A stretch of 64,000 bases of DNA from Patescibacteria group bacterium (lineage in GTDB: Bacteria > Patescibacteriota > Minisyncoccia > 2-02-FULL-40-12 > GWA2-44-9): assembly GCA_038064515.1 (NCBI GenBank), contig JBBTSY010000004.1:32585-96584 (forward strand), written 5' to 3'. Shown here one piece after another: positions 19,311 to 28,356 of this stretch. The position numbers and the translations under genes were made by a program. The notes under the pieces are model-generated. The model was not told the DNA's origin. It searched no databases and was given only the letters and a program-made list of their open reading frames with translations. Numbering within the stretch: the stretch's first letter is position 1; each line of letters starts with the position of its first letter.

Positions 19311-19886
19311 ATGAACATTAAGGCGGCTGTTTTTGTTAAGGGCATCAATGGCACGGATCCGATTCTCGATGACGGGCGACCTCAAGTCGCCTTTATTGGG
19401 CGTTCAAACGTCGGCAAATCCAGCGTTATTAATTCCCTGACTGGCAAAAATGATCTAGTTCGCTCGAGCCCCCGCCCTGGGAAGACTCGCGAAATAAATT
19501 TCTTTCTCGTAAACAATAAAACCTATTTCGTAGATCTTCCCGGTTATGGCTATGCGCGCATGTCTCCCAAAGAAAAAGAGCACCTCCAACGATTAATCCT
19601 TTGGTATCTCGTCGATGAAAAAATCGCCAATCGAACAGTCGTACTTATCATTGATGGTAATGTTGGCCCTACGGGCATGGATTTAGAAATGCTCCTCCTG
19701 CTTCAAGAACATAATCTTGAAATCATTGTTATTGCAAACAAAATGGATAAACTCAAGAAGGACCAGCAGGCCAAGCGCCTCGCAGAACTCCAAGACCAAC
19801 TTGGCATTGAGCCGATCCTTCCCTACTCCGCTGAAACTCATAACGGCCGTGAAGCACTGCTAAGGATATTACTTGAAACAAACTGA
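19311..19886 (+). CDS. engB: Ribosome-biogenesis GTPase YihA/YsxC
   Basis: GRSNVGKSS (G1), DLPGYG (G3) and NKMD (G4). Confidence 0.85.
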   Translation: MNIKAAVFVKGINGTDPILDDGRPQVAFIGRSNVGKSSVINSLTGKNDLVRSSPRPGKTREINFFLVNNKTYFVDLPGYGYARMSPKEKEHLQRLILWYLVDEKIANRTVVLIIDGNVGPTGMDLEMLLLLQEHNLEIIVIANKMDKLKKDQQAKRLAELQDQLGIEPILPYSAETHNGREALLRILLETN

Positions 19887-19889
19887 TTA

Positions 19890-20129
19890 ATGTACTACCT
19901 GTATCTTCTTCAATGCAGTGACGGCAGTATCTACACCGGTATCACAACTGATATAAAACGAAGATTTACTGAACATAAAACCGGCGAAGGCGGCCGGTTC
20001 ACTCGATCTCGTAAAGTGACGAAAATTTTATATACTGAACGATTCGACAATCGTAGCCAGGCGCTCAAGCGCGAAGCGGAAGTTAAAAGCTGGCATCGAA
20101 CGAAGAAACTTAAATTGATTAATGCGTGA
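19890..20129 (+). CDS. GIY-YIG domain protein (UPF0213-type mini-nuclease)
   Basis: YYLYLLQCSDGSIYTGIT...RRFTEH. 79 aa. Confidence 0.7.
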   Translation: MYYLYLLQCSDGSIYTGITTDIKRRFTEHKTGEGGRFTRSRKVTKILYTERFDNRSQALKREAEVKSWHRTKKLKLINA

Positions 20130-21204
20130 GCTCCATAATCGCGAGCTCCAACGGCAGTTGAGGAATAGGAGAAATCTTCATGTCGTTGCGGACATTCGTG
20201 AATGCCGCCAGCATTTTTAAAAGATGCTGACTGTCAATTTCGCTCGCCAGATCAGCAAGCCTTTTTCCCGAATCACCGCTTGGTTCTTCGCCCATCGAAA
20301 CAAGTACCGCAGGACTTATTTTTTTTATCATTACTTTGCGGAGATATTCAAGGAATCCTTTCGTGAAATGCTCGAGATTATGCCCAGAATGATATATCTG
20401 TTGAACAAATCCAAGGGCCAGCGAGCGCTCGTTATGAATAAGATAGCCAAGGAAATCAGGATTCATATGCTCTGGAATCAAACCGAGTACCAGTGTCGCC
20501 TTAGCAATAGTAATTTGCTCTTTATCGCCAAACGAGGAGAGTAACTTTGATAGCGCCACTTCCGCGTCACGAAGCGCGCCATCCGACGAAGATGCGATAG
20601 AAGCAATGACAGTATCGTCCACGAATGCCTTCTCGGCTTTTACGATCATAGTGAGCTTCTCGGCAATTTCTTTGCTGGTGAGCTTTTTGAAATCAAACCG
20701 CTGTACGCGCGAAAGGACGGTAGGAAGAATTTTTTGAGGATCAGTAGTGGCTAATACCAGGACAACATGCGCTGGCGGCTCTTCCAGGATCTTCAGGAGC
20801 GCGTTGAATGCCTCTTTGGTGACCATGTGCGCCTCGTCAATGATGAAAACCTTATAACCGCCGCTAGCCGCCGCCACAGCGGCTGAATCTTTCAAATTGC
20901 GAATCTCGTCAATGCGGCCATTGGATGCGCCATCAATTTCAATAAGATCTAAAGAACGCCCTTCACTGATTGCAAGGCAACTCTCACATGTATTGTCCGG
21001 TTCGCCGGATTTTGCGCGATGCTTGCAATTAAGGGCTTTCGCCAGGATGCGCGCCAATGTTGTTTTTCCCGTCCCCCGCGGTCCGGAAAATAGATACGCA
21101 TGGCTTAAGCGCCCGCTCGAGAGAGCGCCCTTGAGTGTTTGAACAACGTGTTGCTGTCCAACTACTTCGTTAAATAATTGAGGTCGATACTTTCGATATA
21201 GCAT
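20119..21204 (-). CDS. dnaX: DNA polymerase III gamma/tau subunit, short form
   Basis: GPRGTGKTT Walker A, a Zn-Cys cluster, DEAH and the SRVQRFDF sensor. Confidence 0.85.
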   Translation of the reverse strand: MLYRKYRPQLFNEVVGQQHVVQTLKGALSSGRLSHAYLFSGPRGTGKTTLARILAKALNCKHRAKSGEPDNTCESCLAISEGRSLDLIEIDGASNGRIDEIRNLKDSAAVAAASGGYKVFIIDEAHMVTKEAFNALLKILEEPPAHVVLVLATTDPQKILPTVLSRVQRFDFKKLTSKEIAEKLTMIVKAEKAFVDDTVIASIASSSDGALRDAEVALSKLLSSFGDKEQITIAKATLVLGLIPEHMNPDFLGYLIHNERSLALGFVQQIYHSGHNLEHFTKGFLEYLRKVMIKKISPAVLVSMGEEPSGDSGKRLADLASEIDSQHLLKMLAAFTNVRNDMKISPIPQLPLELAIMELTH

Positions 21205-21314
21205 AGTTTCTAGTAACTAGCTTCATGCTCTTTTGCCAAACTACAAGACCACGATGGAATCTCACCATGTCCGTACCTTAATCTAAAAACTAGAAACTAT
21301 CAACTAGAAACTAT
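21203..21314. repeat. Array of the quasi-palindromic 12-mer ATAGTTTCTAGT: one copy at 21203-21214 and two reverse-complement copies at 21289-21300 and 21303-21314
   Basis: Exact 12/12 matches. One copy overlaps the dnaX start codon and another contains the gtrA-like stop codon. The same 12-mer occurs at 31086-31097, and a near-copy at 37724-37735. Confidence 0.6.
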
Positions 21315-21916
21315 CTCCTGAATACAAGCAACCTAAAACCTACAAAGTTGAAGATGAGGGCCACGGCGGAACCGGCGATGGCGGAAATGTTCGCCCATCG
21401 AACTGCTGAAAGCCCGAAATTATCCGTGCCCAATCTAAGAACAGCGGTAAATACGATTGTATTAATTACAAGACTCAACAGGTTTATGGTAAAGAACTTT
21501 CCAATCTCGGATGCCCCGGTCCTACCATTAGTTTGAAAAACCCATGTCTTATTCCAGAAGTAGCTATGCGTTGACGCCACTAAAAATGCCGCCGCCTTAA
21601 AGAACGATAATGTTGTGCCTCCGGTAATGCTGGAAATGGAGATGAGCAGATTCAAGGTACCAAAGTCGACAACGGCATTTGTAAAACCGATAGTTGCGAA
21701 TTTACCAAATTGATTAAAGAATGCCAGCCAGCGGCCCAGAAAATATCCGAACTGGACTCCAATCATCCATAAAACGGGAATAAATACCACAAGGCTTACC
21801 CAGGGAATACCGAACAGCGGCTCAATCTTTAAAAATAGCAAGATTTGCCACGCGATAAAACCGGCTGTTAATCCGGTAATAAGCGCGGAGATAATATCTT
21901 TACGTGTTATGGTCAT
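21311..21916 (-). CDS. GtrA-family membrane protein (polyprenyl-phosphate-sugar translocation family)
   Basis: 4 TM helices, KF..VG.N..D core and the FNFVGFRLLVFRR C-terminus. Confidence 0.65.
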   Translation of the reverse strand: MTITRKDIISALITGLTAGFIAWQILLFLKIEPLFGIPWVSLVVFIPVLWMIGVQFGYFLGRWLAFFNQFGKFATIGFTNAVVDFGTLNLLISISSITGGTTLSFFKAAAFLVASTHSYFWNKTWVFQTNGRTGASEIGKFFTINLLSLVINTIVFTAVLRLGTDNFGLSAVRWANISAIAGSAVALIFNFVGFRLLVFRR

Positions 21917-24375
21917 GAAATTACAGAAACCGCAGGCTGCTGATAGCTCGATCGGATCGCATTCTCGACATCGGCTCTCGGTTGGCCGTACTTTCTTTCG
22001 GAAAGCATTTTAAGAGCCCTCGCAATCGCAGGATGCGGCGGCTTTTCTTGAATCGTTTTAATGTTGAATGGCTGGCTTGTTTGGTTCTGTATCAACAGTT
22101 TAACATGAGCTTGAAAATTATCTATGTTGAGAAGATCCTGAACGCTGAATACGGGCTCAAACTGATTTTTCAAAAACTCCGCGTCATCGGCTCCCACTCT
22201 GAATGCCACCATGGAACCGACATTTCCAAACACCGCATTCTTGATTTCATCGCGCAACTGCTTGATGTACTGATGCGCGATCACGAGATTAAGGCGATAC
22301 TTGCGGGCTTCTGAAAGAATCGTGGCGATACTTTCCGTCGTAACGGTTTGAAACTCATCAATATATAAGTAAAAATCCTTGCGCAAGTTTTCTTCCACAT
22401 CTACGCGTGATAATGCCGCCATGAGTAACTTACCCACAACCACCATTCCCAACAGGTACGCGTTAATTTCGCCGATCTGACCTTTGGAAAGGTTTACGAT
22501 AAGAATCTTTTGTTCATCAATGAGATCTCGGAAATTGAACGCGCTACGAGGCTGGGCGATGATCGGCCGCAAGTAATCATTCGCCAAAAACGGATTAAGT
22601 TTTGAAGTGACATACGGAGCCATATTGGCCAGTGCCGCGTCGCCCCCGGCCTTTTCCGCTTCCTGCTCCCAAAAATTCTTTACGAGCGGATTTGTTTCTT
22701 GCGCTAAAAGTGCTTTGCGGTATCCGGCATCAGTCAGCACGCGCGGTATTGCGGCGAGCGTCGGCATAAAGTGAGCAATACCAGTATGAACGGACCCATT
22801 CTCTTCGAACTTCCGCTGATAAATATCCAAAAGAAGCAAAATGCTATTTTTGAAATACTGTTCGAACATCGGTCCGAAAGCTTCCGGAACGCCTTCATAG
22901 AGCGATTTCACGATCGCGAGAACCTCATTGGCAACAAATGTTTTTTGTTCGGGTTTCGTCGGGTCGAACTCCAGCATGTTCAAGCCGAGCGGGAATTCAG
23001 TGCTTCCGGGATTAAAATACACGATGTCATCGGCACGTTCTTTGGGTACCATCGAAAGGACATATTCGGCAAGTTCGCCATGCGGATCGATGATACAGAC
23101 ACCTTTGCCGTTATTAATATCCTGGACGATCATGTTTTTTATCAGCGAAGATTTACCGGTGCCCGTCTGTCCCACAACATACATATGCCGGCGGCGGTCA
23201 TCATCGCCTACACGGACCATTTTTTCATCACCGCGAAAATTACTCGTACCAATCACCACGCCGGAGTCAGGCAGGTTCAACGGCGGCTCTGCGACTTTTG
23301 CCTTGAGCATTTTGATCTTGGGCGCTTGCGTGGTCGGCAGAGGGAAATGATAGATACTCGTCAACTCTTCACTCGAAAGAAATATCGTCTGCTCATTATC
23401 AAATATGCGGAAAGAGAAATTAAGGACTAAGTCTTCGAGGGCTTTCTTCCGAAGCTTCACAAGCTCCAAGCTATTGCGCTCGGGAGCTCCGAATTGCACG
23501 AATGCTCCGCCGGCATCATTGAGAATCTGCTCGGCACGAGGCTGATTATCGGCGGAGGCCAGAATGCGGATATTAACATCGTAAAGCGACCGCGAGGCCT
23601 TACTCTGAAGCGCCTCAACTATCTTGGCCTCAAATGGCGTCATGGTCTTCTGGGTTTCAACGTTCACATCGGATTTTTTCTTCTTTCCCTGCTTTGCTAG
23701 TATAAGCGCTTTATTAAAATCGTTCCCGGCTTGCATTTCATGAGCGACTTTTTGGGAAAGCGCGCGGATATTTTCCCGATGCGATGGCCGGATAAGAATT
23801 TGGATAGCCGCCCCCTCGCCTTCACGCTGTAATTTAGAAAGGGTGTTTATGACACCGCCCAACGGATCAGATTCGAGATCGTTGTACGTACGCAACGACA
23901 GAATGGGGCTAGCTTTCTGTTTAAGATATGTTCCCGCCACAACGCCTTGAGGATTAAAGATATTGTAGTCCTTCACGCGCAACACTTCGGCTACAGGATA
24001 TAGGCCGTGAACTTGCTGTTGAAAAGTCTGCTCATAACTCCGGGGAACGGCAATATAAAAGTGGATTTCCTCACCGATATGATGCACCGCCATCTCAAGG
24101 GCGAGGTACGGCTCACCGTAGGCAAATTTATTCCAACCGGTGGCGTGGATGCCGGTAAAGGAAGCGTACAGCTGTTCCATTACCGCGATTAGCTCCTTTT
24201 CAGGCTTTGGATTCGACTCGGAATCCTGGCCGCGAGGCAATGTAATCAGAAAGAGCGACATATTGAGCGCGCGGGCTACGGCCCCTTTGGAACGCACCGC
24301 TCCCAGAATAATAAGAACTGCCGAGCTCAAGATCAGCAGAACAAGCGCATAGGTTATAAGAAGAATGGGAGACAC
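21913..24375 (-). CDS. VirD4/TraG/TraD-type coupling-protein-like P-loop ATPase (FtsK/HerA superfamily) with an N-terminal TM helix and a roughly 400 aa uncharacterised domain
   Basis: MYVVGQTGTGKSS Walker A, IIDPHGE, LYIDEFQ Walker B and RKYRLNLVIAHQYIKQL (the R..G..l..Q...QL pattern of type IV coupling proteins). 820 aa. Confidence 0.55.
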   Translation of the reverse strand: MSPILLITYALVLLILSSAVLIILGAVRSKGAVARALNMSLFLITLPRGQDSESNPKPEKELIAVMEQLYASFTGIHATGWNKFAYGEPYLALEMAVHHIGEEIHFYIAVPRSYEQTFQQQVHGLYPVAEVLRVKDYNIFNPQGVVAGTYLKQKASPILSLRTYNDLESDPLGGVINTLSKLQREGEGAAIQILIRPSHRENIRALSQKVAHEMQAGNDFNKALILAKQGKKKKSDVNVETQKTMTPFEAKIVEALQSKASRSLYDVNIRILASADNQPRAEQILNDAGGAFVQFGAPERNSLELVKLRKKALEDLVLNFSFRIFDNEQTIFLSSEELTSIYHFPLPTTQAPKIKMLKAKVAEPPLNLPDSGVVIGTSNFRGDEKMVRVGDDDRRRHMYVVGQTGTGKSSLIKNMIVQDINNGKGVCIIDPHGELAEYVLSMVPKERADDIVYFNPGSTEFPLGLNMLEFDPTKPEQKTFVANEVLAIVKSLYEGVPEAFGPMFEQYFKNSILLLLDIYQRKFEENGSVHTGIAHFMPTLAAIPRVLTDAGYRKALLAQETNPLVKNFWEQEAEKAGGDAALANMAPYVTSKLNPFLANDYLRPIIAQPRSAFNFRDLIDEQKILIVNLSKGQIGEINAYLLGMVVVGKLLMAALSRVDVEENLRKDFYLYIDEFQTVTTESIATILSEARKYRLNLVIAHQYIKQLRDEIKNAVFGNVGSMVAFRVGADDAEFLKNQFEPVFSVQDLLNIDNFQAHVKLLIQNQTSQPFNIKTIQEKPPHPAIARALKMLSERKYGQPRADVENAIRSSYQQPAVSVIS

Positions 24376-24378
24376 GTA

Positions 24379-24783
24379 TTATTTCGGTTGCTCGACTTTC
24401 TTGCGGGCAACCAGCTCATCATAGAGATCATCAACCAGGGCATCATGAAACGCATCAATTAATGCGGCATTATTTGTCTTTACGGCTTGGGTAATGGCAT
24501 GCTTGAGGCTTTGATTGAAGGCAATCGCCACCAATGATTGGACGTGGTCGTCCATTCCCGAAGAATTATCTAAAGGAAGTTCTGGTACAACTGTTTGGTC
24601 ATCCGATTGTGCTTGGGATTGCTGTTGGATTTGACCACCAACAACATCGTGCAAAATCTCCTTTTCTTGAGTCTCTTTGATTGGTTCAGATTGCTCTTGC
24701 TCAAGCATCGTTTTCTTTTCCTGGAGCTCGTTTTCAAGACTTGCGATCTCTTGTTCTAGCGTTTCATTCATCCTTACACTCAC
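24379..24783 (-). CDS. Coiled-coil protein (hypothetical). It overlaps the ATPase gene by 4 nt.
   Basis: The N-terminal heptad-rich ETLEQEIASLENELQEKKTMLEQEQ suggests a coiled coil. The start is either the GTG at 24781-24783 or the ATG at 24769-24771. Confidence 0.4.
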   Translation of the reverse strand: MSVRMNETLEQEIASLENELQEKKTMLEQEQSEPIKETQEKEILHDVVGGQIQQQSQAQSDDQTVVPELPLDNSSGMDDHVQSLVAIAFNQSLKHAITQAVKTNNAALIDAFHDALVDDLYDELVARKKVEQPK

Positions 24784-24918
24784 TGACGAGTAATGGCTCG
24801 CGTTCCGCTAAGCGAAGTGCTTACAGCGCAGCAAACTATTACACGACATATTATGCTATTATCCATGACCATCCTCGCCACCAGGAACAGCTCGTCAGGT
24901 GAGTGTGAGGATTCATGG
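24763..24918 (-). promoter_or_regulatory. Long-range imperfect inverted repeat (about 26 bp arms with an about 100 nt spacer) that encloses the translation start of the coiled-coil/ATPase operon
   Basis: In mRNA sense the 5' arm is CCAUGAAUCCUCACACUCACCUGACGAG and the 3' arm is CUCGUCAGUGAGUGUAAGGAUGAAUGAA. The 3' arm contains the SD and AUG. Confidence 0.4.
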
Positions 24919-24990
24919 CTCCAGTATACCATAAAAATACGGGGTGTGGATAATAAAATGCCCATAAAATGGTATAGTTGAATAGATTTA

Positions 24991-26541
24991 ATGAAACATC
25001 TTCGAGAATTTACCATCGTCATTCTCATTATCCTGGTTGCTACTATTTTTCGGTTATATAAGCTTGACACATTCCCCCCGGGCTTATATCCCGATGAAGC
25101 AATGAACGGTAACAACGCCATCCAAGCCTACGAGACGGGTGAATATAAAATTTTCTATCCGGAAAATAACGGACGAGAAGGACTATTTATCGCGATTCAA
25201 TCGCTTTCTATCCGAGCATTCGGTAATACCGCTTATGCTCTACGGTTTGTATCCGCAATCACCGGCATACTTACCGTCTTGGGCCTCTATTTCCTCGCTA
25301 AAAAACTGTTTAACTGGCAGATCGGCGCAATCGCCAGTTTTTTAATGGCCATATCTTTTTGGCATGTTACGTTTTCACGTATCGGCTTTCGCGCTATTAT
25401 GGCTCCGCTTCTGGTCGTCTGGGGAGCTTATTTTTTCTGGAAAGGATTAAGTACTACCCGCTGGCAACATTTTGCAATCAGCGCCATATTCTGGGGCTTG
25501 GGTTTTTATACCTATATTTCTTTCCGCGTCATGCCTGGGGCGATCATTGCCGCTCTTCTGGCATATTGGTACGCTATTAAAAAAGATTTCAGCCACGATC
25601 GTTATATCCACGCGAGAAATCGCATCACCCAAGGATTGGCAGTCTTCATGCTGGTGGGCGGTATTGTGATTTTCCCTTTGGCATATCACTTTTACCTCCA
25701 GCCGGAAGATTTTCTCGGCCGCATAACTCAAGTTTCCATATTCTCGCAAGATAGTCCTTTAAAAATATTAGCCACGAATTTCGGCAAAACGCTGGGGATG
25801 TTTAATTTCGTCGGCGACCATAACTGGCGGCACAACTTCGCCGGGCGGCCCATCCTTTTCTTGCCCGTCGGCATTTTCTTCATTCTTGGATTTTTCAAAA
25901 GCATCCTCCGATTGGAACGGGGCCGGAAAACGCGCGGCCGTTTTTCGCCGCCGCATATTTTCTTATTTTCCTGGTTTTTTTTGGGACTGCTCCCCGTCGT
26001 TCTCTCGGCAGAAGGCATTCCTCACTCCCTCCGCGCCATTGTGGTCGTGCCGGTGATTTATATCTTCACCGCCGAGGGATTATGGTGGATTTTTGAGTGG
26101 TCACGCGACCATTATCGGGTGCGTAGCCGCCAGCAGAGCTATCTTCCCCTTGCGCATCATCATATCGCCCAAAGCACCCTTGCTATTTCCCTCGCCCTCG
26201 GCGCTTTTCTCTTGGCCGACGCGATTTACGAATTCAAGACTTACTTCTATGACTGGGGGCCAAACGAAACCGTGCGTGCTAATTTCAATCAAAATTACGT
26301 CGATATAGCTGACAGGCTCAACGCCCTGCCTCGTATAAAGGTAAAATATGTCTTAGTTAATGCCGGCGGCACACTGGTAAATGGCATCCCTATGCCGGCT
26401 CAAACTGTCATGTACCTCACTGATACCTGGACGTCGGAAAAGCAACAGGCAAAAAATATCTTTTATTTAAACATGGAGCAGTACGCCCAGCGCCGATACC
26501 TTCCCAACGCGATTATCATCCCGCTTGAGGAGAAAAAATAG
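24991..26541 (+). CDS. GT-C fold glycosyltransferase, family 39/83 (ArnT/PMT-like)
   Basis: N-terminal TM1 then the YPDEAMNGNNA loop-1 acidic motif. About 11 TM helices. 516 aa. Confidence 0.7.
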   Translation: MKHLREFTIVILIILVATIFRLYKLDTFPPGLYPDEAMNGNNAIQAYETGEYKIFYPENNGREGLFIAIQSLSIRAFGNTAYALRFVSAITGILTVLGLYFLAKKLFNWQIGAIASFLMAISFWHVTFSRIGFRAIMAPLLVVWGAYFFWKGLSTTRWQHFAISAIFWGLGFYTYISFRVMPGAIIAALLAYWYAIKKDFSHDRYIHARNRITQGLAVFMLVGGIVIFPLAYHFYLQPEDFLGRITQVSIFSQDSPLKILATNFGKTLGMFNFVGDHNWRHNFAGRPILFLPVGIFFILGFFKSILRLERGRKTRGRFSPPHIFLFSWFFLGLLPVVLSAEGIPHSLRAIVVVPVIYIFTAEGLWWIFEWSRDHYRVRSRQQSYLPLAHHHIAQSTLAISLALGAFLLADAIYEFKTYFYDWGPNETVRANFNQNYVDIADRLNALPRIKVKYVLVNAGGTLVNGIPMPAQTVMYLTDTWTSEKQQAKNIFYLNMEQYAQRRYLPNAIIIPLEEKK

Positions 26542-26565
26542 TTCGACCAGCTTACCATAAATAAT

Positions 26566-28356
26566 ATGCATAAATTACAAAAATTCTTTCCCGTCATCTT
26601 GATCGTGTTCGCAGTTTTTTTTGCGGTGATGAGTATGGTGAATGATTCGCAGATCGTCGATGAGATCCCTCATGTCGGCGCCGGCTACTCCTACCTCGTA
26701 AAGCGGGACATGCGGTTTAACCCCGAACATCCGCCGCTGGCCAAAGATCTCGCCGCATTGCCGCTCTTATTCATGAATCTGAAAGACACAGTGTTTTCTA
26801 CCGCGCATTGGGAACAGGGCCTTAATGATCAGTGGGAGTTCGGCCGTAAGCTGATCTACAACTCGGGCAATGACGGGGATGCGATCAAATTCTTCTCTCG
26901 CTTGCCGATGCTATTGTTCTATATTCTCGCCGCCATTATTATTTTTAAATGGGGCACCGAGCTCTACGGAGACACTGGGGGCATGCTCGCGCTGATCATC
27001 TTTCTTTTCTCTCCGACCGTCATGGCGCATAGCCGTTTCGTGACTACCGATATTCCCGCACTCTTCGGGACGTTGGCAAGCATCTATACGTTCCTGCATT
27101 ATCTCCAGAAGCCAACACGCAAGGGCATGATTATTGCTGGAGCGGTGTTCGGACTGGCGCTCCTCATGAAATTCTCCACGTTCCTTTTGATTCCCTTTTT
27201 GGCAGTTGTCGCTTTGGCTTATGGACTTTTTTATAATCACCACAAACATGGGCGCTATAAAAACAGCCTTAAAACCCTTGGCAATGCATTTATCATCTTT
27301 GTTATCGGCTTTCTAGGCGTCGTCTGGCCAGTTTACGGCTTTCATATCTGGCACTACCCGGTAGAGCGTCAGCTGGCCGACACTACGGCCCTCATGAGTT
27401 CTCAAGGCAATCGGCTCCTGGCAGATGTGGTGGTGTGGATGGCCGATAAGCCATTTATTCGAGCGCTGGGACAGTACTTTCTGGGCTTCTTGATGGTTCT
27501 ACAGCGATCAGCCGGCGGCAATACGATCTACTTCCTCGGCGAAGTAAAAAACTCTGGCGGACCATTATACTTTCCATTAGTTTATTTCATTAAAGAGCCT
27601 TTAGCCTGGTGGGGATTGGTATTTGTCGCTCTTTCCGGCGCCGCCTATCGCATTAGCAGGGTCAAGCAGTCCGTTAAAAAAATTGCAGTTTTGATTCACG
27701 ATCATTTCCCCGAAAGCGTTATGATAGCGTGGATAGCTTTCTATTGGTTCATCAGCATCCGCAGTACGCTCAATATCGGCGTCCGCCACCTTCTTCCCAC
27801 TTATCCATTTGTCATCCTGTTGGTTGCCGGCCAGATCGCCCTCATCGCCGACTGGTTGCGCAAGCATGAAAAAGGATTTATTAAAGCGTTCTCTCTGATA
27901 ATCGCCGCGCTTCTGGGTTGGTATGCGTATGAAAATATCCGAGTCTTCCCCTATTACCTAACTTATTTCAATCAAACGGTTGGCGGACCATCCGGCGGTC
28001 ATGAGTATGTTGCTGATTCAAATCTCGACTGGGGACAGGACCTTAAGCGGCTAAGCCAGTTTGTTGAGCGAAAAGGTATTCCTAAAATTGAATTGGATTA
28101 CTTCGGCTGGGCTGATCCGCGCTTCTATCTAGGCGATAGGTATATCTGGGTTACTGCCACAAGCTACAGCAATTCTCATGACTTCCTTAAGCGCAACCGG
28201 ACCGACGGCTGGATCGCCGTCTCGGCAACCTTTTTCCAGCAAGCAACCAGCTCTAACGTAGACCATCCGGGACCACTGCAGTATCTCTGGCTTAAAGGCT
28301 ACAAGCCAGAGGCGGTAATCGGCAACTCCATATTTGTGTGGCATATTACGAGATAG
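26566..28356 (+). CDS. GT-C fold glycosyltransferase, family 39 (PMT_2-like), second tandem copy
   Basis: DEIPHVGAGYSYL...NPEHPPLAK, a multi-TM N-terminal half and a soluble C-terminal domain. 596 aa. Confidence 0.7.
   Translation: MHKLQKFFPVILIVFAVFFAVMSMVNDSQIVDEIPHVGAGYSYLVKRDMRFNPEHPPLAKDLAALPLLFMNLKDTVFSTAHWEQGLNDQWEFGRKLIYNSGNDGDAIKFFSRLPMLLFYILAAIIIFKWGTELYGDTGGMLALIIFLFSPTVMAHSRFVTTDIPALFGTLASIYTFLHYLQKPTRKGMIIAGAVFGLALLMKFSTFLLIPFLAVVALAYGLFYNHHKHGRYKNSLKTLGNAFIIFVIGFLGVVWPVYGFHIWHYPVERQLADTTALMSSQGNRLLADVVVWMADKPFIRALGQYFLGFLMVLQRSAGGNTIYFLGEVKNSGGPLYFPLVYFIKEPLAWWGLVFVALSGAAYRISRVKQSVKKIAVLIHDHFPESVMIAWIAFYWFISIRSTLNIGVRHLLPTYPFVILLVAGQIALIADWLRKHEKGFIKAFSLIIAALLGWYAYENIRVFPYYLTYFNQTVGGPSGGHEYVADSNLDWGQDLKRLSQFVERKGIPKIELDYFGWADPRFYLGDRYIWVTATSYSNSHDFLKRNRTDGWIAVSATFFQQATSSNVDHPGPLQYLWLKGYKPEAVIGNSIFVWHITR

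Noticed and set aside
21205-21310. Possible SRP RNA (ffs) upstream of dnaX
   Set aside because: No domain IV consensus (GGAAG..AGCAGCC-like) is visible on either strand. The region is instead explained by the 12-mer repeat array.
22771-23430. 219 aa and 140 aa plus-strand ORFs inside the ATPase gene
   Set aside because: They are antisense to a gene with a strong P-loop and coupling-protein motifs.
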